From: Macrostomum lignano
Taxonomy: Eukaryota
Length of the DNA stretch: 64,000 nt
Assembly: GCA_002269645.1 (NCBI GenBank)
Contig: NIVC01000746.1
Coordinates: 372,001-436,000 of the forward strand
Reading direction: 5' to 3'
The position numbers and the translations under genes are program-made. Positions 8,688 to 20,249 of this stretch are shown piece after piece (positions within the stretch are counted from its first letter, which is position 1; every line of letters begins with the position of its first letter). The notes beneath the pieces were generated by a model. It searched no databases, had not been told where the DNA came from, and saw only the letters and a list, made by a program, of their open reading frames with translations.

Positions 8688-10981
8688 CAAGCCGTTCCAG
8701 AAGCCCTTGGTTCAACCCGCGTTTCAGCTCTCCAAATCGGTTCTCCTCGTCTAGCAAACACTCTAAGTTTGTGTGCCAAGTTTGCGCTTAAGTTGAACTC
8801 CAAACTCCCGACTTTGCGTGTGCCTGCTTCCGTGCTCCTGTTATCAATTAGCAGGCCAGCTCAGATCGCCCGAAGCTAGCACTTTCGCTCTCACCCCGCA
8901 CCAGCCCGGCAGGGACTGCTGACGGTGGGCACCTCTGCGCGAGAACTGCGAAATCTGCACGAAGTGCGAGTCTCTTTCTCTCGTCTTAGTTATTTGCTTC
9001 TACGAGCTCAGCACCTCACCGAAGGCTGCGACTCTGCGAAGCTGGTGGCAGCACTACCTACGCTACTCGATCAACCCAGAGACTTCCCAGAAGAGCTCAA
9101 GGTAGGCAGCTCACGTGACTGACAGGGAAGTAACCGGAAACAAGTACTTCAAATACTACTATACTAAAAGTTCATAAGCATCAAAGGGAACATATATAGA
9201 GTACCAGTGGCATTTATAAAGACAGAAGTAAATACCAGTTACAACTTGGGGGACAACAGTAATATTATTTTCAAGGACTACTAAAGTAGATATACGTTGC
9301 TTTAGTTGTCCTTGATTATTTAAAAACGGTAGAACTACTCGTACATGTAATAACACCACTGCAATTCACTTTGGTGGCTTCTGGTGGAATAATTTTAAGA
9401 CTGGACAAAGGCCTATAAGCAGAACATTGGCGTCAGGTTTTGGGATAGCTATAGAGGAAAACCCATTGAACAACTTTAGTAACAGCGGCCAAGGATACTT
9501 TAGTGACAGGGAGTAACACTCTCTACGACGCTTGGTGACAGCTGTAGGATACTTCAGAGTTGAGAAGTAAACCGCTGGTAAAACTTTGGTGGCATTCAGT
9601 GAGATAGTGAAGACAATAGAGAACAAAAACTCTGTGACACAAGCAAGCTTAAGTAAGTCGTAGTCAATTTCATCGCATGGATTTCAATTTTGATTTTTTA
9701 ATTTGCTCAGCCGTTAAGCATGGAGCGAAAATGTCTTAGGCATTAAAAGCGCAGAAAAGCTTTTGTATTTTTATCGATTTTTCGAGTTGATTTCTTTTTT
9801 CGGGTCAAAAGAAAAGGGAAAAGTGAATATAAGAAGTTACAAAAAGTTTAAAGCTACACAACTGACTTCCGGACAAATAGCAAACATTAAAGTGACATTA
9901 CAACAATTTATAAATGGTTTTATTCATGAATACTTTGTATAGGCGTTTTAAAGGGCGTGAAAAGATCACAATTTCAAACGACTTTTATATGCACATTTGC
10001 GCGTGTACAACACACACAAATACTGCGTGAAATTTGCCTTAATTAAAACTCACTGATTAAATAAATATTGCCATGGCGAACTTCTCCTGAAATTTGCAGT
10101 CTGTCACGTGGCATGACTTCTGCCAGCAAAGTTGCCTGCATCAATTTTCGAAAAGTTTTATTTATATGACGCTTTACTTTGAATTTTGTATCAACAATAA
10201 AACTGGCGGAAAAAAAGCGAAAATGTAAGTTAATGCAGAGTTTAAAACAGAACAGGCTGTCATAAATAACACATACACGCATTTATCTTAAAGGTAGTTA
10301 TACGAAGATTTAAAAAATAGAATAAAAACTAAAAAATTAAGCCAGTTCCGGTGTCGTGTAATTAAGAACCATTTTTGACAATTCACATCCAAGATGGTAT
10401 GATTCTAAATGGCCCTGCTTGTACAGTCAAATATACTTATCCATAGAAACATAAATTGACTTTTCAATTTTTCGGCAAAAACCTCTTTGATAAATATGGA
10501 TTTCATGTGCTTTTCCTAATATATTTTATTACTGTCTTTACCATCAAGCTATATTTTAAAAATTACATTAATACAAAAGAGTACATTTTGTTGTAATTTC
10601 CTTCGACAAGCTTTTGAAGAAACAACGCGTCCCATCCTTCTGCTCTTAGTGAATCCTTGGTAGTTAAAGTACACGCAGACACCTTTAACAACACTTTTTG
10701 TTCATAAAAAGTTATTAGTTGAAGCGATAAACAATTGCAATAAAAACTGCATTGTACAGGCTATTGACTAGAGCTCAATAATTCTTATGCATAGTTAGAG
10801 ATTTGGTACATTTTCCATAAAATCAACTGTTGCTCAAAGACTGTTTAACACTTACTATTAGGGACAAACGACTTTGCTTCTTGGTGGAAACACAGTGAAA
10901 TACATGTACATGATCGAACTGATTTAACAAGCGGCTTTTTATAGAAATAGCTTTAGTTTAACTCATATTGAAGATTATTAT

Positions 10982-11431
10982 CACACAAAGACCGCGATTG
11001 CACACAGTGAATATACACACCAAGACCGCGATTGCACACAGTGAATATACACACAAAGACCGCGATTGCACACAGTGAATATACACACCAAGACCACGAT
11101 TGCACACAGTGAATATACACACAAGACCGCGATTGCACACAGTGAATATACACACCAAGACCGCGATTGCACACAGTGAATATACACACCAAGACCACGA
11201 TTGCACACAGTGAATATACACACCAAGACCGCGATTGCACACAGTGAATATACACACAAAGACCGCGATTGCACACAGTGAATATCCACACAAAGACCGC
11301 GATTGCACACAGTGAATATACACACAAAGACCGCGATTGCACACAGTGAATATCCACACAAAGACCGCGATTGCACACAGTGAATATCCACACAAAGACC
11401 GCGATTGCACACAGTGAATATACACACAAAG
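10982..11431. repeat. 33-34-bp minisatellite (AAGACCGCGATTGCACACAGTGAATATACACAC[C/A])
   Basis: About 13 tandem copies with few variants. Confidence 0.95.
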
Positions 11432-11720
11432 ACCCATCTGTACACAGCGAGTTTACACACCAAGACAAGAATTTCTATAATCTATAAACAATTTTTATCA
11501 GTAGCTTGAACTTTAATCACAACAAAATCCACACAGTTTTTTCGACAACTATCCAATTCGTACAAAGATATCTTAATAAAATGGCCTTATTTTAACACAA
11601 CGCTTTATAAAACAAAGACTGCAGATAGAGAAATATAATTCGTCATGAAGCAACTTAAACCGTCACAAATAATAATGGTATTAATTAGTTTTTCAAAAAT
11701 AACACCGTCTCCATTTCAGC

Positions 11721-12014
11721 TCACACGATAGCTTTACTATCAAGAGAAGAATTGCTGGCATTGGCCATCACCATGGGACTCCGGAAATTGTAGGCGGAAG
11801 CAGCCGCAGCTCCCTCCGCTGCCCCCGGCTCGAAGCCGCCGCCGCCGCCGCCACCGCCGCCCATGCCATAGCCGAAACTGTTTCCGCCGCCGGCGCCGCT
11901 GCCGCTGCCGACTCCGCCGGCTGACGCCGACGGCGTCAGGCGTCGAATAGCGCCGGCCGTGGCCGCCTCTTCGTGTTGCTCGTTTTCCAAGGTGCGACGC
12001 AGAATTTTGCGTTT
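11721..12014 (-). CDS. GRIN1: NMDA receptor NR1/GluN1 subunit, terminal exon (Gly/Ala-rich cytosolic tail)
   Basis: Acceptor tttcAG at 12015-12016 (minus). Phase 0, reading KRKILRRTLENEQHEE...SSLDSKAIV*. Joined to the upstream exon it gives WRSNIE|KRKILRRTL, resembling the invertebrate NR1 junction (Drosophila WRGTIEKRKTIR, from memory). Confidence 0.8.
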   Translation of the reverse strand, partial: KRKILRRTLENEQHEEAATAGAIRRLTPSASAGGVGSGSGAGGGNSFGYGMGGGGGGGGGFEPGAAEGAAAASAYNFRSPMVMANASNSSLDSKAIV

Positions 12015-12259
12015 CTGAAATCAATGAAAGATCATTAATAATTTCAATTTGTCAGATAAGCTACTTACCTTGCACTTAGATAAGTAGTGAAAATTGCATG
12101 TTTTCTTCTTTTTTAAAAAAATTACGAAAAAAAACAAAAACATGTTTTCTTCATTTTAACCTTGTTAAACTGTGTCCCATTTGCGTCTCGATTTCGGACG
12201 GACAAAACAACCCCCTGAAACTGTCTGTTTAGGGTTGAATTGCCCCCCCCTTGACAATA

Positions 12260-12805
12260 TTTTGCTGCGCCGGAACGGAGCAACGTGGGCACACGAAACT
12301 CAGGAACACGCGCTGAATTTTTTGTTGCGCACCTTCTCAAACAAGAATCAAGTCGCCAGCCCTCCGGACCGTCGAGATATTCGACGATTCTTGCCAGAAG
12401 TTCGGATTTTTCCATAAGCGCTAGTGCATTCAGTACACCCCTGTGCGCAAATCAGCACTGCGCCTCAGTGCAGCCTTGCCAAGCCTCCTAATTTCATCAG
12501 CACGTCGACCAGATGTGTCTGCATCAGCTCTGATTTCGTTGGTCACTGGTCTTCACCCAGGCGGAGCTTCTGGACCTTCAACGGGTGGCACGCACCAGGT
12601 GACTACATGTATAGACACTCTGATGCGGATTTCTCAAGTTTCGCTGATAGCCTCAATAGTGGGCAAACCTCAACTGCTGGACATCCTTAGCTGGTCTCTC
12701 AAGCATTCCGCCATCACCCAGACGCCATCGGCACCTTAAACAGGTGGCATCAGGTGACAAAAGTTAGCCCGTATTCTTGCGTTGCTCCATTCCGGCGCAG
12801 CAAAA
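12260..12805. mobile_element. Possible degenerate DNA-transposon relic in the last NR1 intron
   Basis: 26-bp inverted pair with 25/26 identity: TTTTGCTGCGCCGGAACGGAGCAACG (12260-12285) and CGTTGCTCCATTCCGGCGCAGCAAAA (12780-12805). True termini and TSD were not found. Confidence 0.4.
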
Positions 12806-13339
12806 AACATTGGGGAATTCTCCCCCCCACCCCTTGGTAGTTCGACGGGCGGAAAAATGGCTTGGCATTCCTGCTGCTAAGGCAGCTGTACTGTTGTTGC
12901 TATGCTACACACCGTAATAAGCTGAAAATATCATGCAGATTCTACATCCAGGCCCGTCCATTAGACAGGACAGCTGTCCTGTTCTCATTCTAGTCCGAAC
13001 TGATCCGAAAGGTTTTCGACTATAAAGAAATTTCTGTTCCACGCGGGCGCTAATGAAGCGGCTTGTCCTGCCAGGGGCTTTAAAGCGGCAAATATATTTT
13101 ATTAGCGGCTGTTCGAGTATTTTTATAGCTCGCAGATAGGCTGCCTGAAGTGCGCTGATTGAGTTTGCGCGAACGGCCTGCTATCCGTTTGGTCACGTGA
13201 ACTTCAGGCCTCGCGACTATGGGACTTATTTACCTTGACTGAGCAAACTTAACGTGGTCTATTTTAAGAATTATTTATGCAGCCAAAAAAACAACTTTAA
13301 TTTGACTTTATTATCTAAGCAAAGAGCGACACACTCCAG

Positions 13340-13885
13340 ACAGCTACCTCACGGCAAGCAGCCCATGCCCCCGACACGCCAAGAGGCCAACACCCCCGAG
13401 ACAACCCTTCACGCCAAGCACCCCACACCCCAAGACAGCCACCTCACGCCAAGCACCCACACGCCAAGACAGCCTCCTCACGCCAAGCACTGCACCCTAC
13501 ACCCCAAGACAGCCACCTCACGCCAAGCACCCCACACCCCAAGACAGCCTCCTCACGCCAAGCACCCCACACTCCAAGACAGCCTTCTCACGCCAAGCAC
13601 TGCACCCTACACCCCAAGACAGCCACCTCACGCCAAGCACCCACACTCCAAGACAGCCTCCTCACGCCAAGCACTGCACCCTACACCCCAAGACAGCCAC
13701 CTCACGCCAAGCACCCCACACCCCAAGACAGCCTCCTCACGCCAAGCACCCCACACTCCAAGACAGCCTCCTCACGCCAAGCACCCCACACTCCAAGACA
13801 GCCTCCTCACGCCAAGCACCCCACACCCCAAGACAGCCTCCTCACGCCAAGCACCCCACACCCCAAGACAGCCTCCTCACGCCAA
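13340..13885. repeat. About 35-bp C-rich minisatellite (CCTCACGCCAAGCACCCCACACCCCAAGACAGCCT)
   Basis: About 14 copies, some with a GCACTGCACCCT insertion. Ends about 40 nt from the NR1 donor site. Confidence 0.93.
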
Positions 13886-13926
13886 CGTATTCGTTCAACT
13901 AGAGTTTAATCCCCAGAGAAACTCAC

Positions 13927-14370
13927 TTCAATGTTGCTGCGCCACCTATCAGCGGCTGTCTTGGCTAGCTCAAGCTCTTTCTCGCGCAGGCCGCGCCGGC
14001 GCTTGTAGGCAATTTCAATAAAGATAAGGAAAACGCCCGCCACTATGCCGGCTGCCACCATGATGAAAACTCCGGCCATGTTTGTGAGGCCCAGAGTGGC
14101 CGGCGAAGAGTTGGCCTTCTTGCAGTTAGTTTCATTGACCAAGATCCATCTGGTGTCCAACTTCTCCATGAAGCCGCTCTCGTGAAAGTTCAGCACCAGT
14201 TGCGAGATCTCGGCAATCCACGGGCTGTCCTGAGGCATCGCCAGGCCGTAGCCGGTCCGGCCAAAAACGTCGCCGGCGGTCATCAGCTCGCATTTTTCAT
14301 CAGCCGCGGCCTCGTAGTTTAGGCGGGCGCTGTCCCAGATAAACGCGTCTAGTTTCTCGTTGCGAACGCT
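13927..14370 (-). CDS. GRIN1: NMDA receptor NR1/GluN1 subunit, exon encoding the end of S2, M4 and the C0 cassette
   Basis: Acceptor cAG at 14371-14373 and donor GTGAGT at 13926-13921; 444 nt, phase 0/0. SVRNEKLDAFIWDSARLNYEAAADEKCELMTAGDVFGRTGYG...HESGFMEKLD...PATLGLTNMAGVFIMVAAGIVAGVFLIFIEIAYKR matches GluN1 (FIWDS glycine-binding Asp, both redox cysteines, IEIAYKR). Confidence 0.96.
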
Positions 14371-14524
14371 CTGTTGGGATGGAGAGTTGTTGAGATTGAT
14401 TGATTGGCTTCGGTTGTAGGCAGATTAAGTGGAGTGGTTGATTCTTCGAGTGTTGGCCGCGTGGTGCGGTCGGTTTTCAGGATTTGGCTGTGTGGTGGGG
14501 TTGGTTTTTAGGGTGCTGGAGACG

Positions 14525-14850
14525 TGGCTAGTTGTTTTATGGGGTGTTTGCGGCGTGGGGTAGTTGTTTTATGTGGTGCTTGCGGCGTGGGGTGGTTGTT
14601 TTATGGGGTGCTTGCGGCATGGGGTGGTTTTTTCATGGGGTGCTGGCGGCATGGGGTGTTTGTTTTATGGGGTGCTTGCGGCGTGGGGTGGTTTTTTCAT
14701 GGGGTGCTGGCGGCATGGGGTGGTTGTTTTATGGGGTGCTTGCGGCGTGGGGTGGTTTTTTCATGGGGTCTGGCGGCATGGGGTGGTTGTTTTATGGGGT
14801 GCTTGCGGCGTGGGGTGGTTTTTTAATGGGGTGCTGGCGGCATGGAGTGG
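14525..14850. repeat. About 32-33-bp G-rich minisatellite (TTTTATGGGGTGCTTGCGGCGTGGGGTGGTTG)
   Basis: About 10 copies. Its reverse complement shares the core CACGCC(GC)AAGCACCCCA with the 13340-13885 array. Confidence 0.92.
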
Positions 14851-15549
14851 TTGGTTGTCATGTGTATCCGATTATTTTGTATATAAACTCGCAAGTCACA
14901 CAACTGTAGATTCTATTCTGTATCTTGTCAAGACAAGAGCTGAACTGACAAAGTGATCGGGCAGTTTTCAAGCCAACAACTGGTTTTGTATTAGCGCTTT
15001 TACTGGAAGCATAGAGCAGAGGATATCGATTCACCACTACGAGCTATCCGCCTGTCGCAAACAGGCTGGGGCAACACAAAAAGAGGCCGGCAAAGAGTGC
15101 CCATCCAGGCGAATTTTCAATCGATCAATCAATTTCTCCTTGCACTGCGCTGCATTGCAAGCCTCTTTGTCTGGCCTGGATAGGGGATAGTCGAGCTATT
15201 GGAAGCACGGAAGAGTTGGGGCACTTAGCAAAAAATCTGAGGCCGCATTTTATATAAAAATTCGGTAAGTAGCTGCAAAGCGCGATCAGATAATGCGGCC
15301 GCTAATCATATTACTAGGATACTGGAGGCTGGGCACTTCATCCATCATCTCGGGAGCCGAAAAGGAGAGAAGACAGTTTATTAAAAGGGAGCCACTTGTT
15401 CACGCGCGCTGTAGCTACAGCATCAAGGACTCACGCCATGTATGGCACTGCATTGACGCCAATAGCAACTTTTATTCAACAAGAAAGTATTCTTTTTCAG
15501 ATGTTGCCTTCATGAATTACAGCTCTTGTTATTGTTAAAAATGAGTGCA

Positions 15550-16179
15550 AGTTCACTGTCTTCCACTGTCTTCAATCTCTTTGTCCTTCACTCTCTCTGC
15601 CTTTCACCCTCTCTGCCTTTCACTCTCTCTGCCTTTCAATCTCTCTGCCTTTCACTCTTTCTGCCTTTCGCTCTCTCTGCCTTTCACTCTCTCTGCCTTT
15701 CACTCTCTCTGCCTTTCAATCTCTCTGCCTTTCACTCTTTCTGCCTTTCACTCTCTCTGCCTTTCACTCTCTCTGCCTTTCACTCTCTCTGCCTTTCAAT
15801 CTCTCTGCCTTTCAATCTCTCTGCCTTTCACTCTCTCTGCCTTTCAATCTCTCTGCCTTTCAATCTCTCTGCCTTTCACTCTCTCTGCCTTTCAATCTCT
15901 CTGCCTTTCACTCTCTCTGCCTTTCACTCTCTCTGCCTTTCACTCTCTCTGCCTTTCAATCTCTCTGCCTTTCACTCTCTCTGCCTTTCACTCTCTCTGC
16001 CTTTCACTCTCTCTGCCTTTCACTCTCTCTGCCTTTCACTCTCTCTGCCTTTCAATCTCTCTGCCTTTCAATCTCTCTGCCTTTCACTCTCTCTGCCTTT
16101 CACTCTCTCTGCCTTTCAATCTCTCTGCCTTTCAATCTCTCTGCCTTTCAATCTCTCTCTCTCTCTCTCTCTATCTCTT

Positions 16180-16210
<31 letters not shown>

Positions 16211-16225
16211 GCCTCTCTCTCACTC
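15550..16225. repeat. 18-bp pyrimidine-rich minisatellite (CTCTCTCTGCCTTTCAMT) grading into (CT)n
   Basis: About 32 copies followed by a (CT)n tract. Confidence 0.95.
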
Positions 16226-16719
16226 TGCCCTTAATCTCGGCAGAACCGGGGACAACCCCAGACACAACCAATCATGGAGGGATGCATGAGCGACAAGACG
16301 TCGGATAATTGCCCAAAACTTTGCTTGACTGGCAATTTTCGGCTAGCAGACGGTCGCTAAGCCGCTGGGATCGGGGGATTTCGGCTGGCAAGATAAGTAT
16401 TTCCTCTCTGCGTTTGAGGCCACCCCGCCTGTGTCAAGTTCGCTGGTGTTCCAGTTGGCACAGGCCCTTACAAAAATGTCTCTCTAACAAAGATTGATCG
16501 ACAGCTAAGATTCCCAATATTGCGGCTACAGCAGAGCCAGAATTTATTCGCTCGACTCTCCGGTTGCGCTTCTCCATATTCTCTTGTTTCTGTGTTTATC
16601 CGGCTCTACCCCGATTAGTCATGCGCTCCTTTCCGATGCTATAAGATATCCCTTATATACTTATTCCATTTAAGAATGCTCGCCTGTCTGTGTTTACATA
16701 GGCTCTCTGACTTCTCTCT

Positions 16720-17240
16720 GTCCATTTCTAGCTCCTTCTCCCTATCTCCCTCTCTCCTATCTCCCTCTCCCCTATCTCCCTCTCCCTATCTCCCTCCCCC
16801 CATCTCCCCCCTCTCCCCTGTCTCGCTCTCCCTGTCTCCTTCTCCCTATCTCACTCTCCTCTGTCTCCCTCTCCCCTGTCTCCCTCTCCCCTATCTCCCT
16901 CTCCCTGTCTCCCTCTCCCCTATATCCCTCTCCCCTATCTCCCTCTCCCTGTCTCACTCTCCCCTATCTCCCTCTCCCTGTCTCCCTCTCCCCTATCTCC
17001 CTCTCCCCTATCTCCCTCTCCCTGTCTCACTCTCCCCTGTCTCGCTCTCCCTGTTTCCCTCTCCCCTATCTCCCTCTCCCCTATCTCCCTCTCCCCTGTC
17101 TCGCTCTCCCTGTCTCACTCTCCCCTATTTCCCCCCTCTCTCTGTCTTACTCTCCCCTATCTCCCTCTTCCTTATCTCCCTCTCCCCCGTCTAACTCTCC
17201 CCTATATCCCTCTCCCTGTCTCCCTCTCCCCTGTCTCCCT
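16720..17240. repeat. Degenerate 16-17-bp CT-rich repeat (CTCCCTCTCCCCTAT/GT)
   Basis: Polypyrimidine low-complexity array. Confidence 0.9.
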
Positions 17241-18405
17241 TCCTCTCAACATCTCTGCCGTTTTTACTTCGTCCCTGCCTTTATCTGTCACCCTCGCAAA
17301 ATTTTTTTATCAATTCGTTCACCCTGACTCCTTTCTCTCAGCTCGCCATCGCCTGATATAGAAATTGTTCTACAAGCCATCGCGAGAATTCCCTCAACTA
17401 TGTCGGTCAAACATCCAGTTCGCTCGTTGAAGTTTTGCCACTCCTGTCAGTCGCGTATTCGTCTGGAACTGTTCGTTTCATCAAAATAAGCTTCATCATG
17501 ACAGCAGGTGCGCAGAGATAATTAGCATCATTCTTCGCGAATCAAGAGCCTTCCGCTCTCAAGTTTCAGGCCGAGTTACAGCACCTGGCCGCCGTTGCTG
17601 ATTGCAGAGCCGGCTCATAAGGTCGGGCGAGCAGGTGCGCCCTGCGGCGAGGGGATCCTGCTGACTGAATCTGCTAGCTCAGAAGCAGAAATAAGGAGGA
17701 GGCTGGAAAAGGGTGTGCCCGCGCATTTCGACTCAACTAGTTTTTTTTCTCTGTCTCAAAGCCTTGCTCGACAGATCTGAGCTTCTCTGTGTAGCGGAAA
17801 GAGTCGAAAAGGCAGCCCGTGGCGCTTCAGGCGCAGCACCAGACGGCGGGCGAATAACAAGGCAGGGGGGGGGGGTTCAGCGGCCTCTAATCCTCTCTTT
17901 AGCCGGGGCCTCTCAGCGCAGGATAGAAGCAGCTCTATTGTATCTATTGTATGCTGGCCAGGCTGCCTGTCTCTCCCCGTGCCCTCGCTACCTCTGCTTC
18001 TTTCTGTCATTGAAGGGCACACTGACTGGACACTGCGCAAATTCGCCTCAGCGTCCGTCTGTTCCCCTCGGTGCATGCAGCAAAAATCTTGTGGGGGGGC
18101 ATTTCGAAAAAAATCGAATATCAAAGTAAAAAAACTTATGGGATTTTCTTCCCGCGGTGTGCTGCACTTTTTACGCTTGCTAGTCTGATTTTTTTCCTGA
18201 AAGAAACACTGCGCTCCATCTCATCGGCCGGAGCTGAGCTGCTTGCTCTAGTGGCATTTTTACAAAGGAGAAGCCCTAGCCATTTGGGATTGAGAGTTGG
18301 GCTGCAATAGCTATAGGGAATGATCTAGATCTGGTCCAGCATTGGCTTACTATTCAATGGGATTTATTGCTGAAGTGTCCAGGGAAAAATAAAACACCGG
18401 TCACA

Positions 18406-18440
18406 TGATTGCAGCTGCTCATGTCGAACAGCCAATGAGA
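18406..18440 (+). promoter_or_regulatory. Candidate promoter of the synaptotagmin-like gene (E-boxes and CCAAT box)
   Basis: CACATG, CAGCTG and AGCCAATGA (CCAAT at 18432-18436), about 160 nt upstream of the ATG. Confidence 0.35.
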
Positions 18441-18593
18441 GCAGAGTAAATTCCCTCTACTCAGCCGCTCAACCGGCTTGAGCTGCGGGAATAAAGCTTA
18501 GCGCGAGGGTCAACCGAGCAGCACGAGCGCTACTCGGGAGTCCCAGAGCTAGAATATCAAGACACTAGCCTTCCCAAGCTAGAAGCAGTCGCT

Positions 18594-18832
18594 ATGAACC
18601 TCCCCGGTAGCATCGCAAACAGCCTGGGCGGCAAGGGCATCGCCGACTTTCTCGTGTCAACGCTGACGGGTGACAGCAAGCCGGGCGTCTCGGCGTCCTC
18701 CGCCGGAGCGTCGGCGTCGCGCTACAGCAACGGGGCCGGTGCGGCCAGGGCGTCGCCGAGGCGATTCCCGGACAGCCACCAGCAAAGGCAGCAGCACTAC
18801 CAGCAGCAGTACCAACAGCACAGGTCGCCAAG

Positions 18833-18887
<55 letters not shown>

Positions 18888-19850
18888 GAGACCAGCCTGT
18901 TCAGCTTGATGGCCAAAAGCGCCGAGGCGATGGGCGCCACGGCCTCCGGGATGAACAGCGGAGCGGACAAGCGGCCGGAGCACGAGACCAACGGCGAAGT
19001 GTTCGAAGAGGGCTCCGAGCAGAACCTCGGTCGTTTGAACTTTGTTATCAGCTACGATTGGAACGACCGACATCTGACAATAAAAATCTGCCAGGCCCAG
19101 AAGCTGCCCGCTATGGACTTTCCAATGGGCACGTCAGATCCGTACTGTAAGATCAGCATCTTGCCTGACAAGGGCAACAAGGTGAAAACTAAAATAAAAA
19201 TGCGCAAACTCAATCCCAAGTGGAACGAAGTGTTCGTATTCGAGGACTTCCCAGGCGAGAGACTGCTGGATCGGACGCTGTTCATCCAGGTGTACGACTA
19301 CGACAGGTTCAGCCGGGACGACTCTATCGGAGACATCCAGTTCCCGCTGATGTATCTGTACGATGAGAGCAAGAAGAAGCGCTCCTATAACCTGTGGCGC
19401 CAACTGCAGCCAAATAAGAAAACTCGAGGCTACGTAGGCGACGTGATGGTCTCTCTCGGCTACAACCCGCAGAGCAGCCAGCTCACCCTGGTGACGATTC
19501 GAGCTCGCGACCTAAAGGCTATGGATCTGGGCCGAACCTCCGATCCCTATTGCGTAGTGAAGCTGATTCACAGCAAGACTAATAAAGAGTGCGACAAGAA
19601 GAAAGGCACCGTCATCTACAAGAACTTGAATCCGCAGTGGGACGAGTCGTTCAACTTCACGGTCAGCCCGGATAAGATACACGAATACCAGCTCGAGCTG
19701 GTGGTCAAGGACAAAGACTTCATCGGATCGGACACGATCGGCAAGATCCGGCTGGGCACCAGGTCCGGCACCGAGGAGTCCAAGCACTGGACAGAAATGA
19801 TGAACAGGCCGCGACAGCAGGTGTCTAAGTGGCACACGCTCAAGCATTGA
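18594..19850 (+). CDS. SYT7: Synaptotagmin-7-like tandem C2A-C2B protein, intronless, no transmembrane segment in the ORF
   Basis: 418-aa ORF. C2A LGRLNFVISY...AMDFPMGTSDPY...LNPKWNE...VYDYDRFSRDDSIG; C2B AMDLGRTSDPY...LNPQWDESFNF...KDKDFIGSDTIG. The C-terminus KHWTEMMNRPRQQVSKWHTLKH resembles Syt7. The symbol marks the closest family, not proven orthology. Confidence 0.88.
18834..18887 (+). repeat. Coding (CAG)n tract, poly-Gln x18
   Basis: (CAG)16-CAA-CAG in the N-terminal disordered region of the C2 protein. Confidence 0.93.
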
Positions 19851-20249
19851 GCAGGCGGCTGGCACAGCAACAAAGACTTCAACTATTGGTGCCGAGGTCG
19901 AGATGTGGAACATATTAAAACCAAGGACTACTTAAGTCCTTGATTAAAACCCGGGCGGAACCAAATCTGAACTAAACAATGGCAACCGGCCATTAATTGC
20001 ATTGTTGTGTAATTGCGTTAACGCTTGTTGTGCTAATGCTCTAAATTATCAATCACTCCCCTCTCGCAGCCCGAACCCTCGCAGCGTTAGGCATAAACCA
20101 TTGCATCGTTTGAGCATAAACATCTGTATACACTATGTGGATTAGCGAGCTGTTGTGCTTGAACTGTGTACGAGCTATGTGTGTAGGCTGTGGGCACCAA
20201 TTCAATGACACCATTAGAAGCCAGTATTGACGCACCAAGAATTGCACGT

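Noticed and set aside
2858-9640. Older solo LTR or BEL/Pao element hosting the Gypsy insertion
   Set aside because: LTR-like composition and a partial terminal match (GTAACAGAGT at about 3298 vs ACTCTGTGACA at about 9630), but no matching TSD, PBS/PPT or second copy was found.
340-19850. Functional neural gene cluster (ENaC, NR1, Syt7-like)
   Set aside because: Three neuron-associated genes close together may be chance; no shared regulatory signal or operon-like arrangement is visible.
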